Positions 45,005 to 58,850 of a stretch of 64,000 nucleotides of DNA are shown here, in pieces (the stretch's first letter is position 1; each line of letters starts with the position of its first letter). This DNA is from Octopus vulgaris (Eukaryota), in assembly GCA_951406725.2 (NCBI GenBank), contig OX597825.1, forward strand, positions 87,606,001-87,670,000, in the 5' to 3' direction. The notes under the pieces were generated by a model, which was not told where the DNA came from, did no database searches, and was given only the letters and a program-made list of their open reading frames with translations. Made by a program: the position numbers and the translations under genes.

Positions 45005-45724
45005 ACATATATATATATATATATGTAATATAGACACATAAATAAATAGATAGATAGATACACAACCAAATAGATAGATAGCTATACGTACGCAACCGCA
45101 TGCCTACATATGTCCATAAATTCGTAGATTTGTGTAAATATGCGTGTGCATATGTTTTGTGTGTGTGTGTGTGTGTGTGTTTGTGTGTGTGTGTTCTTAC
45201 AACATAGTGATCAAATTAACGCTTTGTTTTTGAACGGAAATAACCACAAACCCAAAATCTATGTAAAATATAATCAGTCTATACATGATATCTTTACGTT
45301 ATTAGATTATTTTACGTAGTAATATTTCACACGGCAAGGTCGAGTTATTAATATTCATAAATATTAGCTGCAGTCCTCCATTTTATAGACCTATCATATG
45401 TTGAGCAAGATTAAACTTAGTCTATATACAAAGCTTTGGCAAACTTTTAAGTTATTTTAATTTTCCATTATCCTAACGTTGGAAGTATAATCAAATCGAG
45501 CATAACCCTTTGCGGTTTCGAATAAATTATGTTCTGTCTCGCAGATAGACTTCAAAGCGGTTTCCGAAATTAAGTATTGATACTATCGTACTTATTCATC
45601 TGCTGGAGATCGATGATTCATTAGTTTAATCAATTACTTTCTAAACTAGAATATCAACGTTGTACTGATTACAACGAGAGTAATATCAAAGTATATTACA
45701 TACAAATATATACGCACATACAAA

Positions 45725-45980
45725 CAGATTGTTATATTTCGGGACGGTCATTTTTCTGTTGCTAAATAAACACACGCGCTATATATTCGCTCTTCACTTT
45801 AGACTTATTTTATTATTGTTCTTATATTATGTCCTTTGTCTGGAAATCTTTCGTCACACAACCTGTGACCTTGTCACTGACTCTCCATCCCATAAAGTAA
45901 ATCTGAAGTGAAGAACGAATATATAGAGCCTGTGTTTATTTGGCAAAAAAAAATGACCATCCATAAATAACATAATGTGT
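45725..45980. repeat. Diverged fold-back (~70-bp arms) with a decayed hammerhead-like core
   Basis: ggtcattttt..aaataaacac..tatatattcg.tcttcactt pairs with aagtgaagaacgaatatata..gtgtttattt..aaaaatgacc. Minus-strand interior: gTGACAA-ggtcac..gtgac-GAAA. Confidence 0.7.
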
Positions 45981-46166
45981 GTTTCAAAACACGATTTCAC
46001 ACGGATTTATCGATCGCATTCTCACCTGGAAAAGATTTTTGTAAATTTTTTAAAGACTTATACAGGCCCTGATACCGTCGGTATCTACATATCAAATTTG
46101 AGACACAAATAGAGACAGACAGAACGGATTTTAAGTTATAAATAATTGTCTATGCATATAAATATG

Positions 46167-46234
<68 letters not shown>

Positions 46235-46386
46235 TAAATAAATGGCACAACGAAGTACCGATATTTACTGGAAAATAGCGAACGTAATAAATACGACGCT
46301 AAGGTATAGCTTCACTGCGTATGTACTAGTAAAGATGCGTGTGTGCAACAAACATGAAAAAAATTGTCTTACCTCTGCATTACTAT

Positions 46387-46494
<108 letters not shown>

Positions 46495-46497
46495 GTA

Positions 46498-46543
<46 letters not shown>

Positions 46544-46587
46544 TATACATATATATATATATATATGTTATATGTATACATATATAT

Positions 46588-46618
<31 letters not shown>

Positions 46619-46998
46619 CATACATATATGTGCACACATACATATATATATATAAAAATACATACACACATACATACATACATACATACATACATACATA
46701 CATACATACAAACATACGTACATACATACATACATACATACATACATACATACATACATACACAATTATTCTCTTGTTGATGCTGAAATTCCGATGAAGA
46801 CTCCTTGGACCTAAGTTAGGAACTGGTTTTTCCTCTATTGGCCAGAAATCTTGAAATAAAACTGAATAATGACATATACACATACATACCAAACTAAGCA
46901 CGTAAACGTGAAAGACGTTGGGTGAAAATAGTGTTCGAATACGGGAGGCAGAGTAATATGCTTTGTTATTATTAAAGCTGCAAAAACATCATAAGAGT

Positions 46999-47100
46999 AT
47001 CACAGCAAACTGCTACTCAGAGTTTCTCGCTCCCGTTCGTCGGAATCTAAACTGTCCGACGAACGGGAACGGGAAACTCTGAGTAACAGTTCTTTGTGAT
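46999..47100. ncRNA. Head-to-head pair of minimal hammerhead-like motifs forming a ~100-bp hairpin
   Basis: Plus 47052-47089: ctgt-CCGACGA-acgggaacgg-GAAA-CTC-T-GAG-TA-acag; mirrored on the minus strand at 47010-47044. Confidence 0.7.
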
Positions 47101-47125
47101 TTTTGGTGATTATATTTGCATCTTA

Positions 47126-47175
<50 letters not shown>

Positions 47176-47191
47176 TAATAATAACAATAAA

Positions 47192-47247
<56 letters not shown>

Positions 47248-47332
47248 CAATAATAATAACAACAATAATAATAACAACAATAATAATAACAACAATAATA
47301 ATAATAATAATAATAATAACAATAATAATAAC

Positions 47333-47398
<66 letters not shown>
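47126..47398 (+). repeat. (TAA)n microsatellite with CAA variants (target tract of the adjacent element)
   Basis: Read directly from the sequence. Confidence 0.95.
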
Positions 47399-48855
47399 TA
47401 TTGCTACTATGAAGGAAAAAATAAGAAAGCAATACTATAAGAGAATAAGGCTTGTACTGAAGACTGAATTCAAGTCCAAAAATTGCATTCAGGCCATTAA
47501 CACCCTGGCACTTCCAGTAGTCCAGTACGGTTTTAACATCATTAACTGGAACCTTACGGAACTCCAACGCTTGGACAGGAAGACAAGAAAGTTACTGACA
47601 TCCAAGAGCATGCACCACCCTAAGGCAGATGTAGACCGCTTGTACCTACCTAGAAGCAGCGGGGGAGAGGAATGATGCAATTAGAGCTGTGCTATAAGAC
47701 CTCTACTGTAGGAATGAACAGGTACCTATCTAGTACAAAGGACTGGATGCTGCGACTTGTGTGCGAACACGAAAGCAGCAAAAAGCTACATTCTATTGTC
47801 AAGGAAGCTTATAAGTTCGAAAGGGAACTAGACATTAACCTTGAATCAGATGAAGAGCCGGAAACCACTGCTACCAAGCAAGCAAAGCGAATCAAGCAGA
47901 CTGCAAAAAAGAACGGGCAGAATCAAATTGAGAGGCGGTGGAGCCAGAAGCCCCTGCATGGACAATATATTCTCCGAAGCCAAAATGCTGATGTAGACCA
48001 AGCAACAACCCATCAGTGGCTTAAGAGCTCTGGATTGAAAGCAGAGACTGAAGGTTTCATAATGGCAGCACAAGATCAAAGCCTGTTTACCAGAAATTAC
48101 CAGGCTAACGTTCTCCGAAACGGTACTGACCCTAAATGCAGATTCTGCGACAGATTTGACGAAACGATAGACCATCTCGTTTCGGGATGTCCTGTGCTGA
48201 CACCAAACGAATACAAAAATCGCCACGATAGGGTAGGACAGTATATACATTGGAAGATATGTAAACACTACAAATCCGACACTCCTGCTAACTGGTATGA
48301 ACACCATCCTCAGCCAGTTGTTGAAGGTAAAGATGTCATCATCCTCTGGGATTTTCCAGTCAACACTGACAGAACGATCAAGGCTAATCGACCAGACATA
48401 ATTGTTAAAGACAGGGAAGAAAATACCTGCAGACTAATAGAAGTAAGCGTCCCCACTGATAAAAATGTATCTGTTAAGGAATTTGACAAACTTAGTAAAT
48501 ATAAGGACCTGGAAATCGAAATACAGAGGATGTGGAATCTTAAAACAAAAACTGTTCCTGTTAATGTAGGTGCCCTAGGTATGATAAAAAATGGATGTCA
48601 GAAACACCTAGACAATATCCCTGGAAAACCATGTCTCAAGGAAATCCAAAAGATTGTGCTAACAAGTACTGCCCACATCCTTAGAAAAACCCTATCAATG
48701 TAAATGTTTGTGTTTGCATTACATGGAGATATATCTCTACTTCCCCTCCCCAAGCTTTCAGCTATATTTCAACAACTCTTAACCTTCACTTGTCCTAGGG
48801 CGCTGGGTGTGCCCCGGCAGGTGATTGCATCAAACATGCAGATTAAAAGTAAATG
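47399..48855 (+). mobile_element. 5'-truncated Dong/R4-clade non-LTR retrotransposon inserted in (TAA)n
   Basis: RT C-terminal region, CCHC zinc knuckle and restriction-like endonuclease, plus a ~150-nt 3' UTR; TAA repeats on both sides. Confidence 0.9.
47409..48703 (+). pseudogene. Dong/R4-type ORF C-terminal part (RT thumb, CCHC, PD-(D/E)xK endonuclease) with one frameshift at ~47665
   Basis: AINTLALPV..HHPKADVDRLYLPRSSGG(R)G, CRFCDRFDETIDHLVSGC, RHD, WDFPVNTD..RPDIIV..IEVSVP..K..KY. Two consecutive ORFs, 47409-47675 and 47672-48703. Confidence 0.92.
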
Positions 48856-48957
48856 ACAATGATAATAATAATAATAATAATAATATTAATAATAACACAT
48901 ACATACACACAAACATACATGCATGCATACATATATGTATCTATGTACATATATGTA

Positions 48958-49045
<88 letters not shown>

Positions 49046-49052
<7 letters not shown>

Positions 49053-50146
49053 AATAAAATATATGCATATATATAAACATATATGTACGTACCTACCTCT
49101 ACATGTACATATACACGCATATATGTGTACAGGACACCAAAAAGACGTCGAACACATAGAGAGACGAAAAACATAGACACAAACCAAGGAACAAGACAGG
49201 CAAAAAAAAAGAGAGATACAGGACAATAAGCACAACGAAAAATCCCCTTCTTCAGTCGCTAAAGTTTCATCTACTAAACGTTTCGAAGGATAAAAGCGAG
49301 ACGTATACTTCGAAGAAAAATTCCTTCCTGCGAAAAGCAAATCAATTAAAATTCTGAGATCTTTTCGCAGAGGGGTAAAAAAAGCAAGACGGTAACGACA
49401 GTACAAACATATAAACAGTAAAAAATATATATATAAACAGTGGAAAAATAAATATATAACAGTGAGAGACAGGACAAGGAGAACAAGATAAGAAGGGCTG
49501 TTAACGCCAGACGAAAAAAGTATTGCAAACGCTGGATTATAGTGGACGACGAGAGAGGAAGATGTCGACCAGTAGCCTTAGAAGGCGGGCGAGAAAGGAC
49601 AGGATAGCAGTTACGACGGAAGTATCGTCGCAGATGGACGACGGGAATGGGGGAGGAGGAGCAAGAGGAAGAGAGAGAAGAAGGGGAATGGTGCGAGGAG
49701 ACCATGAAGAACAGTGAGGGAGAGAGAGAGAGGAAGAGACAAGTTAAGTGAGGGAAAAGAGACGAAAAAGGGAATGGGACAGAAAGAAAGAAAGATGCAG
49801 AGTCGCGTGAGAGTTAATATCAAGGCGAACTTGATAAACAGAACAATCTTACTTAATAGGGTGCGTGCGTTTAGTCGTATAATATGTTAATAAAATATAT
49901 GCATATATATAAACATATATGTACGTACCTACCTCTACATGTACATATACACGCATATATGTGTACAGGACACCAAAAAGACGTCGAACACATAGAGAGA
50001 CGAAAAACATAGACACAAACCAAGGAACAAGACAGGCAAAAAAAAGAGAGATACAGGACAATAAGCACAACGAAAAATCCCCTTCTTCAGTCGCTAAAGT
50101 TTCATCTACTAAACGTTTCGAAGGATAAAAGCGAGACGTATACTTC
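49046..50146 (-). mobile_element. Non-coding partial-tandem element in (TA)n (unit ~835 bp, ~265-bp terminal redundancy)
   Basis: 49046-49311 is essentially identical to 49882-50146; related to 37018-37820. Confidence 0.85.
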
Positions 50147-50216
50147 ATATATATATATGTATATATATATATGTATACACACACACACACACATAATATA
50201 CACATATATGTATAAG

Positions 50217-50249
<33 letters not shown>

Positions 50250-50253
<4 letters not shown>

Positions 50254-50474
50254 CTTTACTACCCACAAGGGGCTAAACACAGACGGGACAAACAAGGACA
50301 GACAAACGGATTAAATCGATTATATCGACCCCAGTGTGTAACTGGTACTTAATTTATCGACCCCGAAAGGATGAAAGGCAAAGTCGACCTCGGCGGAATT
50401 TGAACTCGGAACGTGACGACAGATGAAATACAGCTACGCATTTCGCCCAGCGTGCTAACGTTTCTGCCAGCTCA
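50250..50474 (-). mobile_element. SINE family S2
   Basis: Close reverse complement of 32335-32566. Confidence 0.85.
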
Positions 50475-53400
50475 TGTATTTTCATATACGCATGTATAAA
50501 CGTTTGTCTGTTTACTGCCTGCACTTATTTTGAATTCCTTTCAAATGCAAAGCTGTTATTTTAAATGTTAGTCAAATCTAATACACAACATTTGCGCAAA
50601 CACTTCCTCGTCTTTAGCAGTCTAATTATATCTACAGTTTTTAATTTTTGATTACCTAGCAACATGTTAAATATATATATTTATAATTAAAACGTTGTAG
50701 AAATTATATAAATTAGCGATAAGTTAAATCGGAAATTAGATCGCAAATTACTTTGCTGTAAACAAATTGCTCAAATGTTTGTTTTAGATTTGCTGGAAGC
50801 ATTTAGAATCTTCCTGGATTTTACATTTACTAAATCGAGCGCTGATGTCCAAAATAGAATGTTCAATTCAATACTGCAAGCTCACTTACATACGATTGAA
50901 TGTAAATACACTTGTAAGTTTGTTGCTGAAAACTAGTAACGAGACTTGGTGCTGTAATTCATTAAATATTTCTAGTGTACTTTAAATGTTAATGTTTCCG
51001 TGGGGGAAATATTTAGATTTCTCATCCCGCTCCGGCACTGAATCTATCTGGTATTCTATTTGTGCTGTTATACAAAGTAAAAATATTCAACTTGTCAGTT
51101 TTCTCAAGTAAGCTCAACTTTAGACCAGTTCTTGATTATTCAACGTCTAATTTGAATATTGAAAATATCTTTCGTCGATTTACATAAGTATAAAATACAC
51201 TCGCACATGTATACAGGTCAGACTCTATAAAAATCGATTTCACACAGATTATTTGAGTAACGATTATATACATAAGTTTTTCTCTTAGTTATTCTCCTTT
51301 CATTTTTCTATTTCTCTCTGTAACAGTGTTTTGAAGAACCATCACTTGAAGCTTAAAGCCAAGCATCCTCCATGTTTCTCTACTTAGATTATAATTTATA
51401 TATTTAGTTTATGATTTCTGTATTATTGTGTCTAGTCATAACACACGCATATAATAGGATGGCCACACGTGCTAATGCATGCATTGCGGGAAAATCTTTA
51501 CACTCAGCGAAGCAACTTTGTCATTCAATGAAAAGTAAAGTATTGTTCGTAAAGACTAACAGACACGAATGGAATCGAATGGAAGAATCGTGTTAGATTT
51601 TTTAGGTCAAAACGAAGAAATAAACAAACATACCAAGATATCAACAACGCATATCGATGTTTTGAATTTCATTTCTAAAGTCTATTTACCATAAATTTTT
51701 ATCAATAATTTGTGACGTTTGAGGAAAAGTTAGCTGAAGAAAACATGTTATTTAGTGCCTTGTCAGCTGATCGAAAACGCTGGATCATATATTCAATGCA
51801 CATTGTATTCAAATTCCGAACATAATAGACATATTTCTGCCTTATTATGTCTTCACAGCGGAAAATATTCCAAGAAAATATATTCCGTAATTCTAAAAAA
51901 GGGGGAATAGGAATAGAGATGAAAGTAAGGCAGTGACGCTATTTATAAATAACGAGAAAAGCATCACTCAAAGAAAATAGCTTGGTGGCGCATTTTAGTT
52001 ATTAAATACAAAATATAGCGGTGATTATTGTGGAGAATATATTCAGATAAGTAACTTAAATGAATTGAAATTATGCAAGCATTAAATAAGGAAAAGGTTT
52101 GTACTGTGCCACGTTGAGAGGAATTTGTGCAGAATAATGAAAAAGGAAACTGAAATGAATCTTGCCTTGAAGCTGAGTTCTCCAAAGAACAGAAATGCAT
52201 CACTTCTTTTTCCCTTCTCAGTGATGTAAATTCTCTTTTTGGAATAATTTAGTCTATCTGAAATTTATGGAAATAGACATTGTATGGTCTTTGATTTTGA
52301 ATAAATCAAAATATCCGAAGTAAAATGTCTTAAAATCGTTAAATATATTTCTGAAATTGTTCATCGAATAGTGTTCACTTTCAAGGTTTTATATATTTTT
52401 TGTTTTTTTATTGGAATTCTAATATTATTATTTTTATCTAAAAAAATTCTTTATATTAAGCTAGTAATTTCTATCTTATTTTTAATTTTATATTATTCTT
52501 TTAATGTTAGTTTCTTATCAAAACTCGTTATTCCGAAATTTTGAGTCTCAGACAATGTCATAAAATTAAATTCTTGTAGAAAGGTATGTAGTTCAAAATA
52601 GTAGGAAGTAGTAAAGAAATTAAAGAAAAAAAGGATTAATATCTTCCAAGTTTGCATTATCAGGTAACGAAGCATTTTCTATTTACAGTCAGAAGAATAT
52701 TTTAAAAACTAAAATCTAATGAAAAAAATGGGTGCATTATATGGAAATGAGTCTTCTGTAGCTAATTGGTAATAATATTTTGTCTCTTTTGCTTAAGCTG
52801 CTATTATATGATTTTGAAATACATAAATTTGTAATATCAAATTATTAATGTGGAATAGTCAGGAAATTAAATCTTTAACTAAAATTGAAAATAAATAGAT
52901 TCTTCAGTACTTTAAACTTTTATGTAAATATAAAGACAATGTATAAAAGAGTATTTTAGTTTTGAAAATCTAACTTCAGCAGCAATCTTTTAAGTTTTTT
53001 TTATTCTTTTTGTCCTGTACTTAGCAGTGTTAATGCATTAATATATTCTAGCTCTCGGCGTCCGCATTTTTCATTCTGTTACTGGTTGGGCTGTACTTAT
53101 CCAGGCTCAATGCATAAAGATATTCTAGAATTACTCATATATATATATATATATGTCTTTCGTATATTTTATATGTCTTTCGTATATTTTATATGTCTTT
53201 CGTATATATTTTTATTAATGCACCCATTTTTCTTTTAAAAAAAAGCAATGTTTTTTAAAAAAAAAAAGAAATGTTGTCAAAATTAGAATGTTGATATAAG
53301 TATGTGCATAGCAAAGCATATGTATTTGTAAGCATGCGTATCTGTGTATGTGTAAGTGAAAGTATGTTTGTGTTTAAGCACACATATACACGACTGTATC

Positions 53401-54037
53401 CATTCAAACTTATGTATGTATACTGGTCTCCATATATGCCATAATGCCGTTACACTGCTTGTATACATAATTTTTTTTTTCCTTTTTATTTTTCTTATTT
53501 CGTTTTTTTCCCCACACCTCCTTCGTTCCTTTTTCTCTCTCTCCCTTTCTTTCGTTCCCCCTTACTCAGTATATGAGAATCGCTACATAGATCTTTTAAC
53601 TTGCGTGCGAGATGGTTTTGCGTGAATATATGTACACATGCTTTTATGTGTATATTTAGATTTATATTCATACGTCTGTATATGTATGGCGTTTGCACGC
53701 ATAATTTTGTGTATGTTGATATATATATGTAGATTTTAATATAATTATGTATTGCAGTGTAATATTTATAACAGGTTTAATTTCTATGCATTAATTTGCA
53801 CTTTCTTCATTAACGTCAATATGTATTTTATTCAATGTAAGGTTTTTTCCTCGGATTTTATAATTTTTATAAGTTTTTTATATATATATATACATATATT
53901 TTTGACCTTTTTGTTTATCGCTCGAAGATTGACCGTTTTTTCTAAAGGGCCAATCAAACAAGTCCATTTCTTTTTAAAGGTGTAGCGTTTGTAAGAGTAT
54001 AGATTGAATTGATATATCAGTTCCATTCTAGCAAAAA

Positions 54038-54075
54038 CTGTCTGATGAACGGCAACGAGAAACTCAGAGTAACAG
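54038..54075 (+). ncRNA. Minimal type I hammerhead motif with intact core
   Basis: ctgt-CTGATGA-a-cg-GCAA-cg-a-GAAA-CTC-A-GAG-TA-acag; same family as 47052-47089; lies ~35 nt before a (TA)n tract. Confidence 0.75.
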
Positions 54076-54107
54076 ATTTTGTTGAATATTCTGCTGCTTA
54101 AAATAAA

Positions 54108-54176
<69 letters not shown>

Positions 54177-54499
54177 TGATTGATTGATTGATTCTAGTTT
54201 CAGCTTATGAGCTGTGGCCATGCTGGGGCACCGCCATATATATATATATATATATACATACATATACAAATGTGTTGGCAAAGGAATGCACGATTATCTT
54301 ATGGACTTCATTAGCTTACAGACGTTCCTGCTGTAAGATGCAGTGGACTCATAGTTGAGTGTCTGAGAAGCACCTCGTAGCTTCATCGGAACCTCGAATA
54401 TATTAGTACCGCATTGAACTGGACTAGCGCTTCGTTCTGAGGTCTATGTATATTGAGTTCTACACCAGGTTAGTATTTTATTCTTGGAATACCTAAGCA

Positions 54500-54530
<31 letters not shown>

Positions 54531-55549
54531 CATACATACATACATACATACACACGTACATACGTACGTACATACACACGTATATACGTATGTACATACA
54601 TACGTACATTCATATATATATATATACATACACACTCACACACACACACAGATATATATATATTCTGGTGTACGCTTGGATGTGCAATTGTATTCATACA
54701 ATTGAATGAGAGAAATTAAATATTGTGCCAAATATTATTTATGCTGGAAACATAATTACACACTTTAGTCAGAGGGGGAGCAATTTCCAGACATTTTTGC
54801 TCCTGTGATTTGATTTCATTTCTACTGAGCAAGAATTTTTTTTATTACGCTTCAATAATTTTTCCACATATTAGAAAAAGAATTATTCATATTCTGTCGG
54901 TAATAATTATTAGTTTCAATGGATAGACAATGATAAATATGTCTCGCTCTATTCTCCCCTTACGCAAACAGGACAGTTTTAACAGTTTGACTTTTCTTTC
55001 TTATTTCCCCTGTCTTTTTTTATGAACATTGTGTGAAACATATTTGGAAATATAATTGATTGAATGGAGTCAAATTACATATAATTGTGTATGTAGCTGA
55101 CATTTATATGTTTGTGCTGAATATACTAAAATATTCTGCGTAATAAGTCTTCTGTTTGAGACATTACAGTCCCATATTGATACATTTGAAAGACCATAGC
55201 CATGGAAAAAAGCGATCATCTTAAGGAAATTAATTTTGTGAATGGTGTACTTGAAATATTATTGCAATGGTTTTACATAAAATATTATTTTACCTGGTTG
55301 AGAGGCATGGTCGATCTGACTCTCGGCTGTTATACATTGCTGGCCACATTGAGAGTTTTCCATCGTTTTAGCTTTCGAAAGATGCTACCCAGTGGCTAAA
55401 CGAACGGGCAGCATTCGGCATGCTCAGGAGTGCAATCCGTCGTGGGTTTACTAATTTACAGGTGAGTGGACTGGAGCAACGCGAACTGAAGCTTTTTGCT
55501 CAAGAACACAATGCGTCTCTTGGTCCAAGATTCGATTTGCGATAATAGT

Positions 55550-56015
55550 TATATTCCTACTATATTCGTTATTCGTGCCGAGTCGCTAGCCCCCATTGCT
55601 TTGTCCAATGGATATTTCCTGTCTCACCGAGTCCAAAGTTTACCTTCGTATTCTATAATAGCTCTCCTAACCGCTAAAATCGCATCTGTTTCTTCTCTAA
55701 TGAGGTCGGAATTGCTTTTTGCGAACGAAAATGCCTTGCTTAATATTTCTGAGTTTATGGTTTGGTAGTAGTTAGATATATCTAGCTGCACAAATTTAGC
55801 CTTGTATGTGTTCCCCAGGATTTGAAACCATATGATAACTTCATTGGTGTTCGACTACAATATGAGCTTGGTTACACATTTTAATTATGGTATTATCTTA
55901 GTTATTACAGTTTTGCTAATTCAACCTATATCAGATTTATATGAGCATATTAGTCTTACTGATGAGGTATCCTGAAAGTTTTCCTCACGGTCTTTTAGGC
56001 TTGTTCTGGGTGCCA
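55550..56015 (-). pseudogene. Penelope-like (Naiad-type) reverse transcriptase fragment
   Basis: One frame with 4 stops: SLKDREENF..VRLICSYKSDIG*ISK..NTNEVIIWF..KFVQLDISNYYQTINSEILSKAFSFAK..LWTR*..LDKAMGASDSARITNIVG. Confidence 0.85.
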
Positions 56016-56119
56016 TAGGTGTATAAAGTGTAGTCCTATCTTGTATACCTAATTTCGTAACTATGTCAAGCCCCCTTCTTATTCATATTATCTAATGTGT
56101 GGTGTGGTGTGTGCTTGTA

Positions 56120-56560
56120 AGTCAACAGAAAAGACAACAAAGTATGTAACTGCAGACTAAGCGAGGAATATAGGTGTAACAACAAATGTATGATAAAGAA
56201 TGTAGTTTACAAATGTGAGGTGAAGGTGGCTGCACAGAAATACGTGTACCTTGGTGGTTCCAGGGACACCATGAAAATCGTCTGCGCAACCATCTTACGT
56301 CATTTTCCAATGTAAACAAAAGGCAATCAACATCACTATATAACCTCTTCAGGAGGTTCAAGCAGAATGGAGTGGAGCATACAACTCACTGGTATATTAT
56401 AAAACAAATGTCACCCAAAACGTCGCAGGTGTGCAACCTATACCTAAAGGAAACCCTGGAGATCATCACATGCAGAGAAATATAATTTATATATACACTG
56501 AAGTTATTATATCATGTAAGCATACAAGCAAGGTATGATTCCTAGAATTCAAAAAATAAC
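56120..56560 (+). pseudogene. Penelope-like (Naiad-type) GIY-YIG endonuclease fragment, followed by a probable 3' region to ~57200
   Basis: CNCR..CMIKNVVYKCEV..YVYLGGS..(frameshift)RLRNHLTSF..STSL..WYII..CNLYLKE..SCKH. Confidence 0.85.
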
Positions 56561-57289
56561 ACTTTGAAACAGAAAAACACTAACTGCCTTGGCATATAAT
56601 AGAACAAGGGGAGAATATAAACAAGTAAAAAAATGACCACTATTTTCATATGATACGTGCTATACCATTATACCACCACAAGTAATTAAAAGGTCACTTT
56701 AAGAATGTAACATTTGACAATTCTGACAATGAACTCCAACAACTGAATGGCTGTAATGGTTGTACCTGCTGACCCGACCACTTCTGAATTCATTGATAAG
56801 GCACCTGCTGTGAGTAAGGTCAAATCAAAGAATCCTAATATCCATCCTGACATCTGCAGACTCAAAAAGCAAAATAAGTCTAGCATCACCACAGATACCT
56901 CCACCTCCTTGTAACTACCATTCCTTCCTCTTTTTCCATCACCTTCCACCCCTACCAGATATACATATACCCACACACCTCAATCAATCTTCTCATTGGT
57001 CAAATTGATTAAACAACCCTCAGTTAAACATCCATCAATGCTATATCGCCCGAAGAAATGAATGCATGAACATGATTCAACCAATGTTTATTGATGTAGC
57101 ATCTGAAAATTACGTAACATTGGTTCCTGTGAATCTTTTGAAACGTCTTTCACACGTGACTACCTTACTAAGAAGAGGTGTAATGTATATGAGATTCCAT
57201 AGCTCTAACATCCCTCCTTCACACACACACACACACATAATTATAATAAATAAATGATGCGCCATTTTAAAGCCTAGCCATGCTCATAG

Positions 57290-57495
57290 GCCCGGTTTCT
57301 ATGGCGTATGTGTTTCTCAGCTGGACGGGACGCCAGTCCATCGCAGCCTTACTCATTTTTGCCAGCTGAGTGGACTGGAGCAACGTGAAATGAAGTGTTT
57401 TGCTCTAGAACACAACGCGTCGCCCGGTCCAGGAATTGAAACCACAATCTTACGATCATGATGCTGACACCCTAACCACTAAGCCACGCGCCTCC
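57290..57495 (-). mobile_element. SINE family S1 (5' part)
   Basis: accctaaccactaagccacgcgcc is the reverse complement of the S1 head. Confidence 0.8.
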
Positions 57496-57526
57496 ACATA
57501 TAAAATTATATATATATATGATTATA

Positions 57527-57566
<40 letters not shown>

Positions 57567-58732
57567 CATATATTTGTCGGTGGGTGTGTGTGCATGTTTG
57601 TGTGTATTTTATCTTGGTCGAATCAATCTCTTGGCTCTTTGTGTTTCATCTGTGGGTGCACAGGAAGTTGAGGCATGCTATGAGTGGGAAATGATGGATT
57701 TCCGTATTCATACATAGATTTCCTATGGTGATGAAGAGAAAATATGATGCAGGGGCGAAAAAGAAGAGACACAAAAAGAAATGAAAAAAGCGAGTAAAGA
57801 AGAAAAAAGAAAAAAGAAAAGGGAAGAGGGAACAGCAGAAAAAAGGAAGAAAGGGAAAAAAGCGTAAGAAGAGAGAGAGCAAGAGGAACAATAAGAAATG
57901 AAGGGAATATTTTGATTTAAGAGAATGAAGAGAGGGCTCTTTGGCTACCAACAAAGGTAATATATTTCTATACTTTGCACAGCCGGTTCTTATTCTTGTA
58001 ACTGCGCATTTAAAGCACACATGTTCAGTGCTAATTTAGTTGCATATCAACGATCTGCAAGAAATTATGTACAACTTCTAAAGAACACTTGGGACTTTGA
58101 AGAAATCTACTTCCTGTGTATTGCTAATGTTTATTACGTCACGCAAAGCTTACCTTTCGTTTTAGCCTTTCTGAGGTTCCGACGCGCCTTTTATGAGTCC
58201 ATAGAATGCAGTAGGTAAACTGTATAGAGTTTCCGCCAACAGTGTTTCTACATATCACCATTAATTAGCTTGTAATTAATCCGCTCTTCTAATTGCTACT
58301 AATTTGGTCTTTACTAAATTAATTATAACGCCCTTTGGCTTCAGTATTGGTATCGCACCTGCAATTTCTTCTACAATTTTCTTAGAGCAACAGCTCTATG
58401 GATAAAGTCAAGGGCATAGATGAGCTCCCTGGGACACTAGTTTGAAGTTCCTCCGTTATGGTCTGAGGCACTACTATAAACGAAGGAGCTAAGAACTGAC
58501 CCTTGGTGAAGTCTTATCCGCACACAAAAATCACGACTAAACGCGTTGCTGACTTTCCCCATTACCGACAGAATCTCTCTACATGGATACCTCTCGCCAG
58601 CGACTCATCAATTCTTAGTCTCGACCATCAGAGGGATCCCAAATTGACAAATGCGAAGTAGAGCAGAATATTGAAAATTTCTGAAAAGAAAAAATCACAA
58701 TTAAAAGGAAGTGAAATGAACACATAGTAACA

Positions 58733-58850
58733 AAGGTACTACTGGAATCGAACTCGGAATTCTTGGGGTTAGTAGCCCGCGCTCTTAACCACTATGCCAT
58801 AAGATGAGGAAAAATATCCGTCAAATTTAAAGAATGTAAATAATGTAAGA
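58733..58850 (-). mobile_element. tRNA-headed element, copy 3 (head abutting an inverted tail; no hammerhead segment)
   Basis: Minus-strand head atggcatagtggttaagagcgcgggctactaaccccaag..gagttcgattccag is joined to plus-strand tail aagatgagga.aaatatccgtcaaat, as at 28713-28760. Confidence 0.7.

Noticed and set aside
55955-55990. CTGATGA-ggtatcct-GAAA hammerhead candidate
   Set aside because: No stem I or stem III can be formed, and it lies antisense within the Naiad RT coding relic; chance match.
56120-56560. Selenocysteine recoding as reported for some Naiad elements
   Set aside because: The cysteine positions seen are TGT/TGC, the stops look like ordinary decay, and no SECIS was identified.
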